NCBI GenBank assembly: GCA_002842145.1 | Contig: PHCF01000006.1 | Location: 3,983-67,982, forward strand | DNA length: 64,000 nucleotides | Origin: Betaproteobacteria bacterium HGW-Betaproteobacteria-6 | GTDB taxonomy: Bacteria; Pseudomonadota; Gammaproteobacteria; Burkholderiales; Rhodocyclaceae | Direction: 5' to 3' | Shown: piece after piece, positions 8,829-18,933 of the stretch | Numbering within the stretch: the stretch's first letter is position 1 | Layout of the letters: each line of letters opens with the position of its first letter | The notes under the pieces: model-generated | Databases searched by the model: none | Told to the model about the DNA's origin: nothing | The model's input: only the letters and a program-made list of their open reading frames with translations | Translations under genes and position numbers: made by a program

Positions 8829-10199
8829 TTAAAAGCTGTAGACGTAATCGATATAAAAGCGATGCTGCTCCCAATCTTGACGCGTCATACCTTTGATCGT
8901 GGCTGAAGTTGAACCACCGTCAACATGCGAATCGTAGTTGTAGTAGACATAGCGCATGCTTACGTTCTTAACAAAAGGCACTGCGTAGCGAACGTCAAAC
9001 TCCCGGAAGTTTTCTGAACCTTCCGCATTGTTTGAGCGATTGCTGCTATGCGCACCTGTTCCCCTCGAATACTTGAATGAGGTCTTGAGGCCCTTGATGT
9101 AGTCTTTCCAGTCGTAAGCAATACGAACAGAGGTGACGAGTTCATCGTTGTTCGCCAGATCAGGACCGAGACCGGCCGAAGTTGGGAAAGGATTGGTGCC
9201 GTGATCCTGATTGAGGCTGCCATTCTTGCTGGCGTTTGCGGCAAAATTATCCTCGATCCATAGCCCGTCGAATTTCGCAACTGCGCCACCAATGGTGAAG
9301 TTGCTTACTTTCCACTCGGCGTCGATATAGATTCCCATCCCGTTATTTTCGATCCGGCCGGTTCCTGAACAGTCGACTTCCTTTTCCGCACTGCATACGA
9401 AGAGGTCGCCGGCGTCACGCGACGTAAACAAGCCCGAAGATAATTTCAGGGAGTTCTTGCCAAGAGGGATGGTGTACGCGCCAACCAGACCAAATTTGGA
9501 GAGATAGTTCTTCGAATTCAGGTATTCGGCGGTGACCGCTATCGGGCCCTCGCGATACGTTGCGCCAACCAGACTGATGTAATCGATCTCTTTGGCAACA
9601 TTGGTCGCCGTCGCCTCTGTTCTGAAGCTTTCAAAAGAGTCGTTGCTGCGGGCTCGCCACTGATCGTAAACGGCACCGTAGATTTTCACGGCCTTGATTG
9701 GCGTAACCGACACGGAGGCACCCGAATAGGTATCGGGTACTGCTCGGGTATAGGAACTTTTCAAAAGCAGGCTGGACTGAACTTGGCGACCGAGTTTGGC
9801 CTCCACATAGTTCGCATATTTCAACTTGACGGCAGCCTGACCGAGGGTGGCATAACCATCATTGAGCTGACCGCTATTACCTAGCTCGACCATATTGGTC
9901 GTCGGCTTTCCACTATCGGCAATCTTGGCAACGCCATAAAGGGAGGCGTCGACACCGACGAATCCACCCCAATAGGGCGACAGGTAATTCAACTGGACGC
10001 CAAGCGCGCTCTGCTCGTAGGCGCTCGGCACCGGATTAGGGACCGACGACGTTGGATAGGCGGTACTTTCATCATTGAAATAGACACCCCGAAAAGCGAT
10101 ATTCAGCTTGTGCTCTCCATCAGCAGCCTGCGAAGCAAGCGGCAGCAGAAGTGCTCCGATCGCGGCAGCCAGTACGCCACTCTTGAATTTTTGTCTCAT
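8829..10199 (-). CDS. OprD-family outer-membrane porin
   Basis: Signal peptide MRQKFKSGVLAAAIGALLLPLASQA, alternating beta-strand pattern and a C-terminal ...YIDYVYSF aromatic terminus. Resembles OprD/OccK-type carboxylate channels. Confidence 0.85.
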   Translation of the reverse strand: MRQKFKSGVLAAAIGALLLPLASQAADGEHKLNIAFRGVYFNDESTAYPTSSVPNPVPSAYEQSALGVQLNYLSPYWGGFVGVDASLYGVAKIADSGKPTTNMVELGNSGQLNDGYATLGQAAVKLKYANYVEAKLGRQVQSSLLLKSSYTRAVPDTYSGASVSVTPIKAVKIYGAVYDQWRARSNDSFESFRTEATATNVAKEIDYISLVGATYREGPIAVTAEYLNSKNYLSKFGLVGAYTIPLGKNSLKLSSGLFTSRDAGDLFVCSAEKEVDCSGTGRIENNGMGIYIDAEWKVSNFTIGGAVAKFDGLWIEDNFAANASKNGSLNQDHGTNPFPTSAGLGPDLANNDELVTSVRIAYDWKDYIKGLKTSFKYSRGTGAHSSNRSNNAEGSENFREFDVRYAVPFVKNVSMRYVYYNYDSHVDGGSTSATIKGMTRQDWEQHRFYIDYVYSF

Positions 10200-10274
10200 A
10201 AAAACTCCTCCAGATATTTTTACTTGCCCCGCTACTGCGAAACACCTTGCGCAGAGTCACTTAACTGAGCGCTG

Positions 10275-10291
10275 ATTGCAGTTTATGCAAT
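10275..10291. promoter_or_regulatory. Palindrome ATTGCA-N5-TGCAAT (T-N11-A type) upstream of the porin gene
   Basis: Perfect 6-bp inverted repeat in the PrpF-porin spacer. LysR-box-like geometry. Confidence 0.3.
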
Positions 10292-10310
10292 CCATTGAAT
10301 TGTAGATAAT

Positions 10311-10329
10311 GAATAAATTCGGTTTATTG
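10311..10329. promoter_or_regulatory. Palindrome GAATAAATTCGGTTTATTG, putative regulator site
   Basis: AATAAA/TTTATT inverted repeat. Closely resembles 26176-26198 (GCAATAAATTTCAGATTTATTGC). Confidence 0.35.
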
Positions 10330-10373
10330 TTGCGACTATCGAATAAATTGAACTGTCTTCCCGTTAACGCGGA

Positions 10374-11468
10374 CTAGGCTTCAACGCCTTCTTCCATCGG
10401 GAGCAAAACCTGCCCCATGAACAATTTGCGTGCGGTTCTAATCAGTCCGGCCGAGACTATTTCGGACGCCGAATCAGCCTTGCTATCGTCGATTTCAAGG
10501 CGAATTTCCAAGCGACCGGCCGGCTGTTCAATAGTGATCAACTGCGGGTCGACATCGTTGCGACGGGCAATTTTCTGTACCACGGTTCCCGGCAGAATGC
10601 AGGCGGCCGACAAACACAGAGCCCCCGTCACGGCATAGGCCGAGTGGCAGCTCCAGGGGGTGAAATAGCGTGAAGCAATCACCGCCTTGCCTACCGGTGG
10701 GGCCACCAGGGCGATTTTCGGCAACACCTTGCCGCTGACATCGCCCATCCCGGCCTTGAGGGCAATTTGCAGGCGAATCGACTCGAGACGCGATTTCAGA
10801 ACACTGTCGGCGTCGAGCTCCTTCTTGCTCTCGTAACCGGTTTTTCCAAGCGCGGCGGCAGAGACGAAAGCGAGCGGCGTGGCAAAGTCGACCAGCGACA
10901 CTTCGATGCCGTCAACGACATCGAGACAGTTTCCGGTCGGGAACAAACGGCCGGTCTTGGCGCCAGTGGCATTCAGGAAATTGAGCTGGATCGGTGCGCC
11001 ACTGCCCGGCACGCCATCGATTCTCGCTTCGCCGTCGTAAGTTACCCGGCCATTGGGCGTCTGGATGACGGCCTCGACCACCTTTTGTGTATTGACGTTA
11101 AAAATGCGCAACTTGGTGACCGGATGGGTCGCAGCGATCAGGCCATTTTCAATGGCGAATGGCCCGACCCCGGCCAACATGTTGCCGCAGTTCGGCGTGG
11201 TGTCGACCGTCGCTGTTTCGACGGACACTTGGGCAAAGAGGTAATCGATATCGATACCGGGGCGCTGCGACGGACTGACGATAACGACCTTGCTGGTCAG
11301 CGTGTCGCCGCCGCCGATGCCATCGATCTGGCGCACATGAGGCGAGCCCATGGCCGCGAGCAGAATGCGATTGCGCTCCTGCGGGTCGGCAGGCAGGTCT
11401 TTGGCGTGGAAATACGGACCTTTCGAGGTCCCGCCACGCATCAGCATACAGGGAATGGCAACGAGCAT
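10374..11468 (-). CDS. PrpF-family isomerase (aconitate isomerase / 4-oxalomesaconate tautomerase family), copy 1
   Basis: MLVAIPCMLMRGGTSKGPYFHAKDLPADPQERNRILLAAMGSP...NCGNMLAGVGPFA are PrpF family hallmarks. Confidence 0.85.
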   Translation of the reverse strand: MLVAIPCMLMRGGTSKGPYFHAKDLPADPQERNRILLAAMGSPHVRQIDGIGGGDTLTSKVVIVSPSQRPGIDIDYLFAQVSVETATVDTTPNCGNMLAGVGPFAIENGLIAATHPVTKLRIFNVNTQKVVEAVIQTPNGRVTYDGEARIDGVPGSGAPIQLNFLNATGAKTGRLFPTGNCLDVVDGIEVSLVDFATPLAFVSAAALGKTGYESKKELDADSVLKSRLESIRLQIALKAGMGDVSGKVLPKIALVAPPVGKAVIASRYFTPWSCHSAYAVTGALCLSAACILPGTVVQKIARRNDVDPQLITIEQPAGRLEIRLEIDDSKADSASEIVSAGLIRTARKLFMGQVLLPMEEGVEA

Positions 11469-11584
11469 TTGGGCTCCTTCATCGAGAAGAAAGGCGCATT
11501 CTTGGCCTTCCGGCCATGAATGGAAAATGAATTAATTGTGTTGATTATTTCGGTGTGGGCATTAATAAACCGCCGCCTCGCCGC

Positions 11585-12538
11585 TCAGCTCTGAAGGAAC
11601 TGGCGGATGTGCGTGAAAGCCTCGCGGAAATACGATTCGTAGGTATCCTGCTCGACAAATCCGAGGTGCGGGGTGCACAGGATGTTCGGGTGATTCAGGT
11701 AATCCGCGACGCCTTCCGGCTCGTTTTCAAAGACATCGAGCGCCGCCGTGCCGGGCCGCCCGCCGGCCATCGCCTGCAACAAGGCCCCGGGTGCGATCAG
11801 TTCGGCACGGCTGGTATTGACCAGCAAGGCATCGGCACGCATGCCGGCCAGATCGTCGGCGCTGATCATGCCGCGGGTTTCCGCACAGAGGCGCAAGTGC
11901 AGGCTGAGCACATCGACCTGCGCCAGAAAGCGGCGGCGGTCTGCTTCGTAGGAAATACCGGCCGCTTCGGCAGCCGTGCGCGTCTGTTCCCGGCCATGGA
12001 CAAGAACGGTCATGCCCAATTCCTGGCCAACCGCCGCCACGCGTTTGCCGATCTTGCCCAAACCCCAGATGCCGAGGGTGCGTCCGCATAGCGAGCGGCC
12101 CAGGCGTTCATCGCCAATCTGTTCTGCACTACGCTGCCATTTGCCACGCGCCAGCTGGCCGGCATAGGGCAGGATGCGCCGCGATGCGGCCATGATCAGC
12201 GCCCAGGTCATTTCCGCCGGCGCAATCGGATTGCCGGTGCCGTCACGCACCGTCACCCCCTGGCGGGCACAGGCATCGAGATCGATGCAGCCGCTCAGGC
12301 GGCCGGTCTGGACGATCAGTTTGAGTCTGGGCAAAGCGCCGATGATCTCGGCCGTGATTTGGCTTCGCTCACGAATCAGCACCAGGCATTCCGTATCGGC
12401 AAGCAAATCAATCAATTCACCCGCCTCGCTGACCCGACGCTCAAGCACCGTCACCTCGACGGGAAGCCCCTCCAATACCGCCATGGCCGCCAGGCGAGTG
12501 ACGATCCCCTGGTAATCATCCAGTACGGTAACTTTCAT
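11585..12538 (-). CDS. D-isomer-specific 2-hydroxyacid dehydrogenase family protein
   Basis: From MKVTVLDDYQG; GIWGLGKIGKRVA Rossmann motif; C-terminal TPHLGFVEQDTYE. ATG 12538 abuts the MFS stop at 12541. The 567-aa track ORF is a read-through artefact. Confidence 0.85.
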   Translation of the reverse strand: MKVTVLDDYQGIVTRLAAMAVLEGLPVEVTVLERRVSEAGELIDLLADTECLVLIRERSQITAEIIGALPRLKLIVQTGRLSGCIDLDACARQGVTVRDGTGNPIAPAEMTWALIMAASRRILPYAGQLARGKWQRSAEQIGDERLGRSLCGRTLGIWGLGKIGKRVAAVGQELGMTVLVHGREQTRTAAEAAGISYEADRRRFLAQVDVLSLHLRLCAETRGMISADDLAGMRADALLVNTSRAELIAPGALLQAMAGGRPGTAALDVFENEPEGVADYLNHPNILCTPHLGFVEQDTYESYFREAFTHIRQFLQS

Positions 12539-12540
12539 CT

Positions 12541-13866
12541 TCACATCTCCTGGCCGCGTGGCTTTTGACGGGTAATCCCCTGGCTGGCGTAGATCGGTCG
12601 CAGATACATCCGCAACCATTCCAGCTTGGAATAGAAATAAAGCGATGTACAAACCAGGATGGCGGCCAGCACAGCGAGTGCCTGCGCCGGCCCCAGACGT
12701 TCGGCCAGGGCGCCGCTTAGCAGGCTGCCCAGCGCCGCCGCCCCGAGATTGGCCGCGCTGTAGATGGCCAGAACACGTCCCCGCAGATGCTCGGGAAGAA
12801 TGGTTTGCAAAATTGTATTGCTCGAGGCGTTGCCGTTGACCATGCCGTAGCCCAGCAGAAACAACATGACGCCGCCGAGCCAGGCGGCAGAACTCAGCGC
12901 GAAGGCAAGTAAAGCCAGCCCGGTCAGCAAACAGCCCTGGGTAATCGCCCCGCTCAGGCCGCGTACACTGGGCCGCACTGCGAGGCTCAGCGAGCAGCAA
13001 AGCGCTCCCGCCCCGGCACAACCGAGCAGGGTTCCCAGCATATTCGCTCCGCCGTGGAAAATTTCGCGGGCAAAAGCCGGCATCAGCGGGATGTAATTGG
13101 CGGCGAGGAAATTGAGAACCGCGACCTGGAGCAGTAGCAAGCGGACAGGAACGCTGCCGCGAATGAATTTCACGCCTTCCACCATCGCTTCCCGGAAACT
13201 CGCCTGGCTGTGGCGCTGCGCGCCGGTCTGCAGGCTCATCATGACGGCGAGAATGACGAGGAATGACAGCCCGTTCAGCGCAAAACACAGGGATTCGGAT
13301 GTCAGCGAAAGAATCAGGCCGGCCAGTGGCGGCCCGATGAAGCGAGCGATATTGAAAAACAGCGAGTTGAGCGCAATCGCATTCGGCAAGTCCTGGCGAT
13401 CGGTCACCAACTGGCTGGTATAAGCGTGGCGCAGCGGCACGTCGAAACTGTTCAGGACACCGAAGAACGCGGCTACCAGCAGAATGTGCCAGGGTTGAAC
13501 CCAGCCGAAATACGTGATCGCCGCGAGCAGGACGGCCAGCAGAAACATGGCAAACTGGATCAGGATCATCAGCCGCCGGATGTTCGAGCGATCGATGATG
13601 ATGCCGGCAACCGGCGCCACGACCAATTGCGGAATCTGCGTCAGGAAGGCGGTCACGCCGAGCAGCATGGCCGAGCCGGTCAGTCGATATACCAGCCAGC
13701 CCAGTGCCACCTGCTGTACCCAGTTGCCGAGAATCGAGATCGCCTGCCCGGCGAAATAGGCACGATAGTTGGCGTGGCGCAGGGCGCGCCAGGCATGGCC
13801 CCGGCCTGTCACGGTGACATGGGAGCGAAAGAACCGGATGGTGGAAGCCATCCGGTTGGCCGGCAT
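12541..13866 (-). CDS. MFS transporter
   Basis: 12 predicted TM helices. N-terminal ...YRAYFAGQAISILGNWVQQVALGWLVY is typical of the MFS_3/enterobactin-exporter-like subgroup. Confidence 0.8.
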   Translation of the reverse strand: MPANRMASTIRFFRSHVTVTGRGHAWRALRHANYRAYFAGQAISILGNWVQQVALGWLVYRLTGSAMLLGVTAFLTQIPQLVVAPVAGIIIDRSNIRRLMILIQFAMFLLAVLLAAITYFGWVQPWHILLVAAFFGVLNSFDVPLRHAYTSQLVTDRQDLPNAIALNSLFFNIARFIGPPLAGLILSLTSESLCFALNGLSFLVILAVMMSLQTGAQRHSQASFREAMVEGVKFIRGSVPVRLLLLQVAVLNFLAANYIPLMPAFAREIFHGGANMLGTLLGCAGAGALCCSLSLAVRPSVRGLSGAITQGCLLTGLALLAFALSSAAWLGGVMLFLLGYGMVNGNASSNTILQTILPEHLRGRVLAIYSAANLGAAALGSLLSGALAERLGPAQALAVLAAILVCTSLYFYSKLEWLRMYLRPIYASQGITRQKPRGQEM

Positions 13867-13897
13867 AAACCGCTCACAGGCAACATCCCGGCGAGAC

Positions 13898-15064
13898 CTA
13901 CTCGGCCCCCAGTTGCAGGCCGTTGGGCTGGCGTTTTTCGATCGACCACTTGAGCAAGGCGGCCGAGCGGAAGATGCCGTGGGCGAATTTGCCGTAGGGC
14001 AGCGTCAGGAACAGGGCCATGACCACGCCCAGGTGAATGGCCAGCAGCAGGCCCATGGCCGAAGTGTCGCGCAGGGCGAGCAGGAGCAAGCCGGTCAGGC
14101 TGGTCAGCAGCAGCAGGGCAATGAAGCCGCGATCCATCGGTTTTTGCGCCGCATCGCCGTGCAAGGGATGACGCTTCAGGTTGAGCCAGAGCAGACCGGT
14201 CGGCCCGATCAGCAGACCGATGCCACCGGCGATGCCGAGCATGACGGGCAGACTGTTCAGCGCATAGGGGGCATGCAGGTCAAGCAGATAGTGATAGAGC
14301 GTTGCGACGCTGGTGGCCGCGAAGCAGAGCATGAAGCCGTAAAAGGTGAAGTGGTGAAAACGGCGACGCAACAAGGTATAGGCGTCGTCTTCGTTATTGC
14401 AGCCCTGACCGTGACCGCCGTCGAGATACTTCAGGCGGAGCACGTTGCCGGCCGCTTCGGCACTGGCCTCGCCACTGATTTCGCCCGGCGAGACCTCGCC
14501 CCAGAAACGCCGCACGCCGAGGCTCAATGCCAGGATCGCGTAGCCGAAAACCGCACCGAACATCAGCGCCAGCGTGTTGTGCGGGAAAATGGCGAAGAAA
14601 TTGCCGGCCAGCGGTTCATGCAGCAGACCGCCGGTGACTTGTACGGTCAACAGCAAAAAAAGCGCAAAACTGAAGGCTAGAGCCAGCGCCACGGTCAGTC
14701 CGTTATTTTTGTAGAGGCGGCCCAAAGCCCTGGGCCAGGCATAGCTGGAATAGGTTTCGCCGCGCACCTTGGCCATCGCCTGCGGCACATTGACCGCAAA
14801 CTCGTGTGGCGGTGCGTATTGGCAGGCATGCAGGCAGGCGCCGCAGTTGTGACAAAGATTGGCCAGGTAATGAATATCCGCCTGACCGAATTCCAGACGG
14901 CGGGTCATTGCCGGAAAGACGGCGCAGAAGCCCTCGCAATAGCGGCAGGCATTGCAGATCGACATGATGCGGCCGACTTCGGCCTCGTTCGCACTCGGGG
15001 AAAGCTCGCCCGTCGCCAGGCTGCGTGCCTCGCCGACCAGTTTTTCAAGCGCCTGCATGTTCAA
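13898..15064 (-). CDS. tcuB: Tricarballylate utilisation membrane Fe-S protein TcuB
   Basis: Two Cys clusters ([11 protein letters not shown]; [11 protein letters not shown]) followed by multiple TM helices. It is directly downstream of tcuA and overlaps it. Confidence 0.85.
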   Translation of the reverse strand: MNMQALEKLVGEARSLATGELSPSANEAEVGRIMSICNACRYCEGFCAVFPAMTRRLEFGQADIHYLANLCHNCGACLHACQYAPPHEFAVNVPQAMAKVRGETYSSYAWPRALGRLYKNNGLTVALALAFSFALFLLLTVQVTGGLLHEPLAGNFFAIFPHNTLALMFGAVFGYAILALSLGVRRFWGEVSPGEISGEASAEAAGNVLRLKYLDGGHGQGCNNEDDAYTLLRRRFHHFTFYGFMLCFAATSVATLYHYLLDLHAPYALNSLPVMLGIAGGIGLLIGPTGLLWLNLKRHPLHGDAAQKPMDRGFIALLLLTSLTGLLLLALRDTSAMGLLLAIHLGVVMALFLTLPYGKFAHGIFRSAALLKWSIEKRQPNGLQLGAE

Positions 15065-16472
15065 CTCCTTTTTCCAGCACGGCCTTGGCTGCCTGTGTGC
15101 CGGCGATGCGGCCGAATACGGTGCCGATGGTCATGCCGACCCCGGCGGTGTAGCCCTTGCCCAACACATTGCCGGCCATCATTTCACCGGCCACGAACAG
15201 GTTACGACTGGGCTTGCCGGCGAAATGCACGGCCGCCTCCTCGTTGATTTTCAAACCGAGGTAGGTGAAGGTAATGCCCGGTTTCAGCGGGTACGCATAG
15301 AACGGCGCCTTGTCGATCGGCAGGGCCCAATGGGTCTTGGCCGGTAACAGTCCTTCGGTATGACAGTCGTCGAGTACGGTGTGGTCAAAAGTACCGACCC
15401 GGCAGGCGGCGTTGTAATCGCTGACGGTCTGGACGAAAGTCGCTGCGTCGAGGCCGAGCTGACGGGCCAGGTCTTCCAGCGTGTCGGCCTGGGTGCCCGG
15501 AAAAACCGGCGGCATGAAACGTCCGACCGCTTTGGCATCAATGATCGAATAGCCGACCTGGCTGGGCTGCTGGGCGACCAGGCGGCCCCAGATGGCGTAG
15601 CGTTTGGGCCAGAAGTCCTCGCCCTCGTCATAGAAGCGCCGGGCAAATTTGTTGACCACGATACCGAGCGAAACGCAGTCGATACGGGTGCAGATACCGC
15701 CATCGTAAAGCGGTGCCCGGGCGTCGACGGCGACGCAATGCGACTGCGACGGATCGCCGATGAAATCGGCGCCGGCATTCATCATGGCCTTGAGCAACAC
15801 ACCCTGATTGAAACGCGTGCCGCGGATCGCGAAGTTGTCGGCCGGCCATTCGCCATCGGCGTTCTGCCCCCACGCTTCGCGCAGCCATTTGCGATTCGAT
15901 TCGAAGCCACCGGCTGCCATGACGCATGCCTTGGCAGCAATGCGTTGGCCGCCGACCCAGGCCGCTTGAAACTGGCCATCGACGATCTCCATACGGTCGA
16001 CCGGCGATTCGTAGCGAATTTGCACACCCAGCGCCTCGGCACTTCGATAGTAGGCATTGACCAGTGCCTTGCCGCCGCCCATGAAAAACGCGTTGGTCCG
16101 CGACAGTTGCAGCGTGCCGGACAACGAAGGCTGGAAATGCACGCCATGCTTGCGCATCCAGTCGCGGCACTGCGATGAGCCGCGGATGGCCAGGCGGGCC
16201 AGTTGTTCATTGGTATTGCCGCCCGTGACTTTGTACAGATCCTGCCAGAATTCTTCTTCCGGATAGGCTTCGGTCAACACATCCTGCGGCGCATCGTGCA
16301 TGCAGCGCAGGTTTCGGGTGTGGCTGGAATTGCCGCCGCGATACTCGCGCGGTGCAGCTTCCAGCAAGAGTACTGTGGCCCCCGCCTCGCGGGCCATCAG
16401 GGCCGCGCACAGCGCGGCATTGCCGCCGCCGATGATCAGTACATCGACGGCCGGTGAATTTATGTTACTCAT
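15045..16472 (-). CDS. tcuA: FAD-dependent tricarballylate dehydrogenase TcuA
   Basis: ATG 16472 preceded by [25 protein letters not shown] fold with succinate-dehydrogenase/fumarate-reductase flavoprotein-like body, paired with tcuB. Confidence 0.9.
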   Translation of the reverse strand: MSNINSPAVDVLIIGGGNAALCAALMAREAGATVLLLEAAPREYRGGNSSHTRNLRCMHDAPQDVLTEAYPEEEFWQDLYKVTGGNTNEQLARLAIRGSSQCRDWMRKHGVHFQPSLSGTLQLSRTNAFFMGGGKALVNAYYRSAEALGVQIRYESPVDRMEIVDGQFQAAWVGGQRIAAKACVMAAGGFESNRKWLREAWGQNADGEWPADNFAIRGTRFNQGVLLKAMMNAGADFIGDPSQSHCVAVDARAPLYDGGICTRIDCVSLGIVVNKFARRFYDEGEDFWPKRYAIWGRLVAQQPSQVGYSIIDAKAVGRFMPPVFPGTQADTLEDLARQLGLDAATFVQTVSDYNAACRVGTFDHTVLDDCHTEGLLPAKTHWALPIDKAPFYAYPLKPGITFTYLGLKINEEAAVHFAGKPSRNLFVAGEMMAGNVLGKGYTAGVGMTIGTVFGRIAGTQAAKAVLEKGVEHAGA

Positions 16473-16560
16473 CGTTCGCTCCTCGTGAGCCTTGATTGGT
16501 TTCAGCAACGACACTATGCCGGTCTATGCTGACCACGCCCTAAGCCACAACGATATTCCG

Positions 16561-17496
16561 CTATCTCGAATCGAGATGGCTGTTTGCCACCCCTTGCCAG
16601 CGTCCATCGTCGACCATCTGCCGCACCAGCTGGCGCAAGACACCACGTGTCGCCAACGCCGCCGGCGACAACTCATCGTCGGACAGGCTGCATAGCAAGT
16701 TGCGCCGCGTTGTAGCTGCATCGGCGATTTCCACCCAGCGCAGGCGACTGCCGACCACCGGTTGGCGCGCCAGCGCTGACCAGGGCTGCAAGCTTGAAGC
16801 AATGCCCGCGTCGACCATATCCATCAGCACCGACAGCGAATCGACTTCGGCCACGATATTGGGTTGCAGCTTCAGCGCGGCAAACAAGGCATCGATCACC
16901 CGGCGCAAGCCGTGGTGATGGGTCGGCAGAACCAGTGGTAATTTACTGATGGCCGCCAGCGTCGACGGCAATTCGGGCGCCCCGGGCTGTTCGCGACGAA
17001 CCAGGAAAAGGCGCTCGTCAAGCAGGTGCTGAATCGTCCACCGCCTGGCCTGATCGGCGTCAAACAACACCGCCAGATCGATCTCGCGGGCATTGAGCAT
17101 CTGACCGAGATGGCCGGACATGCCTTCGACCAGATGGATGCGAATATCCGGATATTGTGACTGCATGGCCTGGAGCAGCGGCAGGCCAAGCACCCCGGCC
17201 GTGGTCGGCGCCAGCCCCAGCCCGACGACGCCGGAAAGACGCGATTGCTGGGCCGCCAGCATCGCCTGGTCGGCGTGACGCAAAGCCAGTTGGGCGTGCG
17301 ACAGAAAGGCGATACCGGCATCGGTCGCGATCACCCCGCTCGTCGTTCGCTGCAACAGACGCGTCGACAACTCACCTTCGAGACGCTGAATTTGCAAACT
17401 GACGGCCGACTGCGCGATGCCCAGATCGAGCGCCGCCTGACTGATGCTGCCCAGTTCGATGGTGCGAACCAGATAACGCAGTTGCCGTAGTTCCAT
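16561..17496 (-). CDS. LysR-family transcriptional regulator
   Basis: MELRQLRYLVRTIELGSISQAALDLGIAQSAVSLQIQRLE wHTH plus a full effector-binding domain. Confidence 0.85.
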   Translation of the reverse strand: MELRQLRYLVRTIELGSISQAALDLGIAQSAVSLQIQRLEGELSTRLLQRTTSGVIATDAGIAFLSHAQLALRHADQAMLAAQQSRLSGVVGLGLAPTTAGVLGLPLLQAMQSQYPDIRIHLVEGMSGHLGQMLNAREIDLAVLFDADQARRWTIQHLLDERLFLVRREQPGAPELPSTLAAISKLPLVLPTHHHGLRRVIDALFAALKLQPNIVAEVDSLSVLMDMVDAGIASSLQPWSALARQPVVGSRLRWVEIADAATTRRNLLCSLSDDELSPAALATRGVLRQLVRQMVDDGRWQGVANSHLDSR

Positions 17497-17508
17497 GCGT
17501 GAAGCGCC

Positions 17509-18864
17509 TTATCGTGAAGCCGCCGCCCGCCGCAAAACCTTGTCGACCATGACGCCGGCCTGACCGAGGTAATTGGCCGGATCGCAGAGCTTGGCCAACG
17601 CCGCGCGATCGAGGTGCGGGTTGATTTCCGGGTGCTCGGCCAGCAGATCGAGCAAAGGGCGCTGGCTCTTGATCGCTTCGCGGCACAGGTCATAGACCAG
17701 GTCGTGGGCGTATTCGCGGCCGATGTAGGGGCCAAGGCCCATCATCACGGCTTCCGACATGACCAGACCATTGGTCAGCTCAATGTTTTCCATCATCGCC
17801 GCCGGATCGACTTCCAGCCCTTCGAGAACGAAACGGGTCTGCTTCAGGGCGCCGGCCGTCAGGCAGAAGGCTTCCGGCAGCGCGATCCATTCGATTTCCC
17901 ACGGGCCGGTCGAGCGCTCGTGATCGGCAATCATCGCATCCATCAGGGCGGCGGAATGCTGGCGAACAACTGAGACGGCGGCATGAATGTAGCAGCTCGA
18001 AATCGGATTGCGCTTCTGCGGCATGGTGCTGCTTGAACCACGACCCGGGGCGAAGGGCTCGAAGACTTCAGCCACTTCGTGCTGCATCATCAGCTTGACG
18101 TCCATGGCGATCTTGCCGAGTGAACCGCCGACCAGGCCAAGGAAAGCGCCAACTTCGGCAATGGTGTCGCGCACCGTGTGCCAGGCGATGTCCGGCTGGG
18201 CCAGCCCCAGTTCGGCCATCAGGCCGGCCTGGGTTTCCATGGCGCCGGATTCAATCGAGGCCAAGGTGCCGCAGGCGCCGCCGAACTCACCCATCAGCAC
18301 ACGCGGACGCAGTTGCTGCAGACGTTCGCGATGGCGTTCCATGCCGGCCAGGATGGCTGCCGTCTTGAAGCCGAAAGTCACCGGAATGGCCTGTTGAAGA
18401 TTGCTTCGGCCAATCACCGGGGTGTCGCGATAACGCGTCGAGAGATTGATCAAGGCTGCACAGATGGCGTCGATTTCGGCGCCGACCAGATCAAGACCTT
18501 CGCGGATCTGCATGACGGTCGCGGTATCGGTGATGTCCTGCGTGGTGGCGCCCCAATGACAGAATTCGCCAAGACGGTCGCGGCACAGGGCGTTCAGTTG
18601 TGAGACCACGCCGAGTACCGGATAGCCGATGCGCTCGGTCTGGGCGCGCAGCTTGTCCATGTCGATTTTGTCGATGTCGCAGTTGCGCACGATTTCGTCG
18701 GCCGCTTCCTGCGGAATGATGCCGAGCCGGCCTTGCACGACGGCCAGCGCCCGTTCGATGTCGATGTATTTTTCGGTACGGTTGCGGTCGGACCAGACCT
18801 GACGCATGGCGTCGGTGCTGAAGATGTTGCCGAAAATACTAGAGTCAATGATGCTCGCGCCCAT
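17509..18864 (-). CDS. Class-II fumarase/aspartase superfamily lyase (adenylosuccinate lyase / 3-carboxymuconate cycloisomerase-like; candidate Tad1-like decarboxylase)
   Basis: Superfamily signature GSSSTMPQKRNP. N-terminus SSIFGNIFSTDAMRQVWSD... is typical of the PurB/PcaB branch. Confidence 0.8.
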   Translation of the reverse strand: MGASIIDSSIFGNIFSTDAMRQVWSDRNRTEKYIDIERALAVVQGRLGIIPQEAADEIVRNCDIDKIDMDKLRAQTERIGYPVLGVVSQLNALCRDRLGEFCHWGATTQDITDTATVMQIREGLDLVGAEIDAICAALINLSTRYRDTPVIGRSNLQQAIPVTFGFKTAAILAGMERHRERLQQLRPRVLMGEFGGACGTLASIESGAMETQAGLMAELGLAQPDIAWHTVRDTIAEVGAFLGLVGGSLGKIAMDVKLMMQHEVAEVFEPFAPGRGSSSTMPQKRNPISSCYIHAAVSVVRQHSAALMDAMIADHERSTGPWEIEWIALPEAFCLTAGALKQTRFVLEGLEVDPAAMMENIELTNGLVMSEAVMMGLGPYIGREYAHDLVYDLCREAIKSQRPLLDLLAEHPEINPHLDRAALAKLCDPANYLGQAGVMVDKVLRRAAASR

Positions 18865-18933
18865 GATGTTGTCTCCTGATTCAATGTGGGGAAGGATTCT
18901 GTTTTGCTGCGTTTTTGTTCAAATGCTGTCTTG

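Noticed and set aside
11585-13288. 567-aa ORF suggesting a large fusion protein.
   Set aside because: Only the C-terminal 317 aa (from ATG 12538) look like a 2-hydroxyacid dehydrogenase. The upstream part is an out-of-frame read-through across the MFS gene with Arg/Pro/Gly-rich nonsense.
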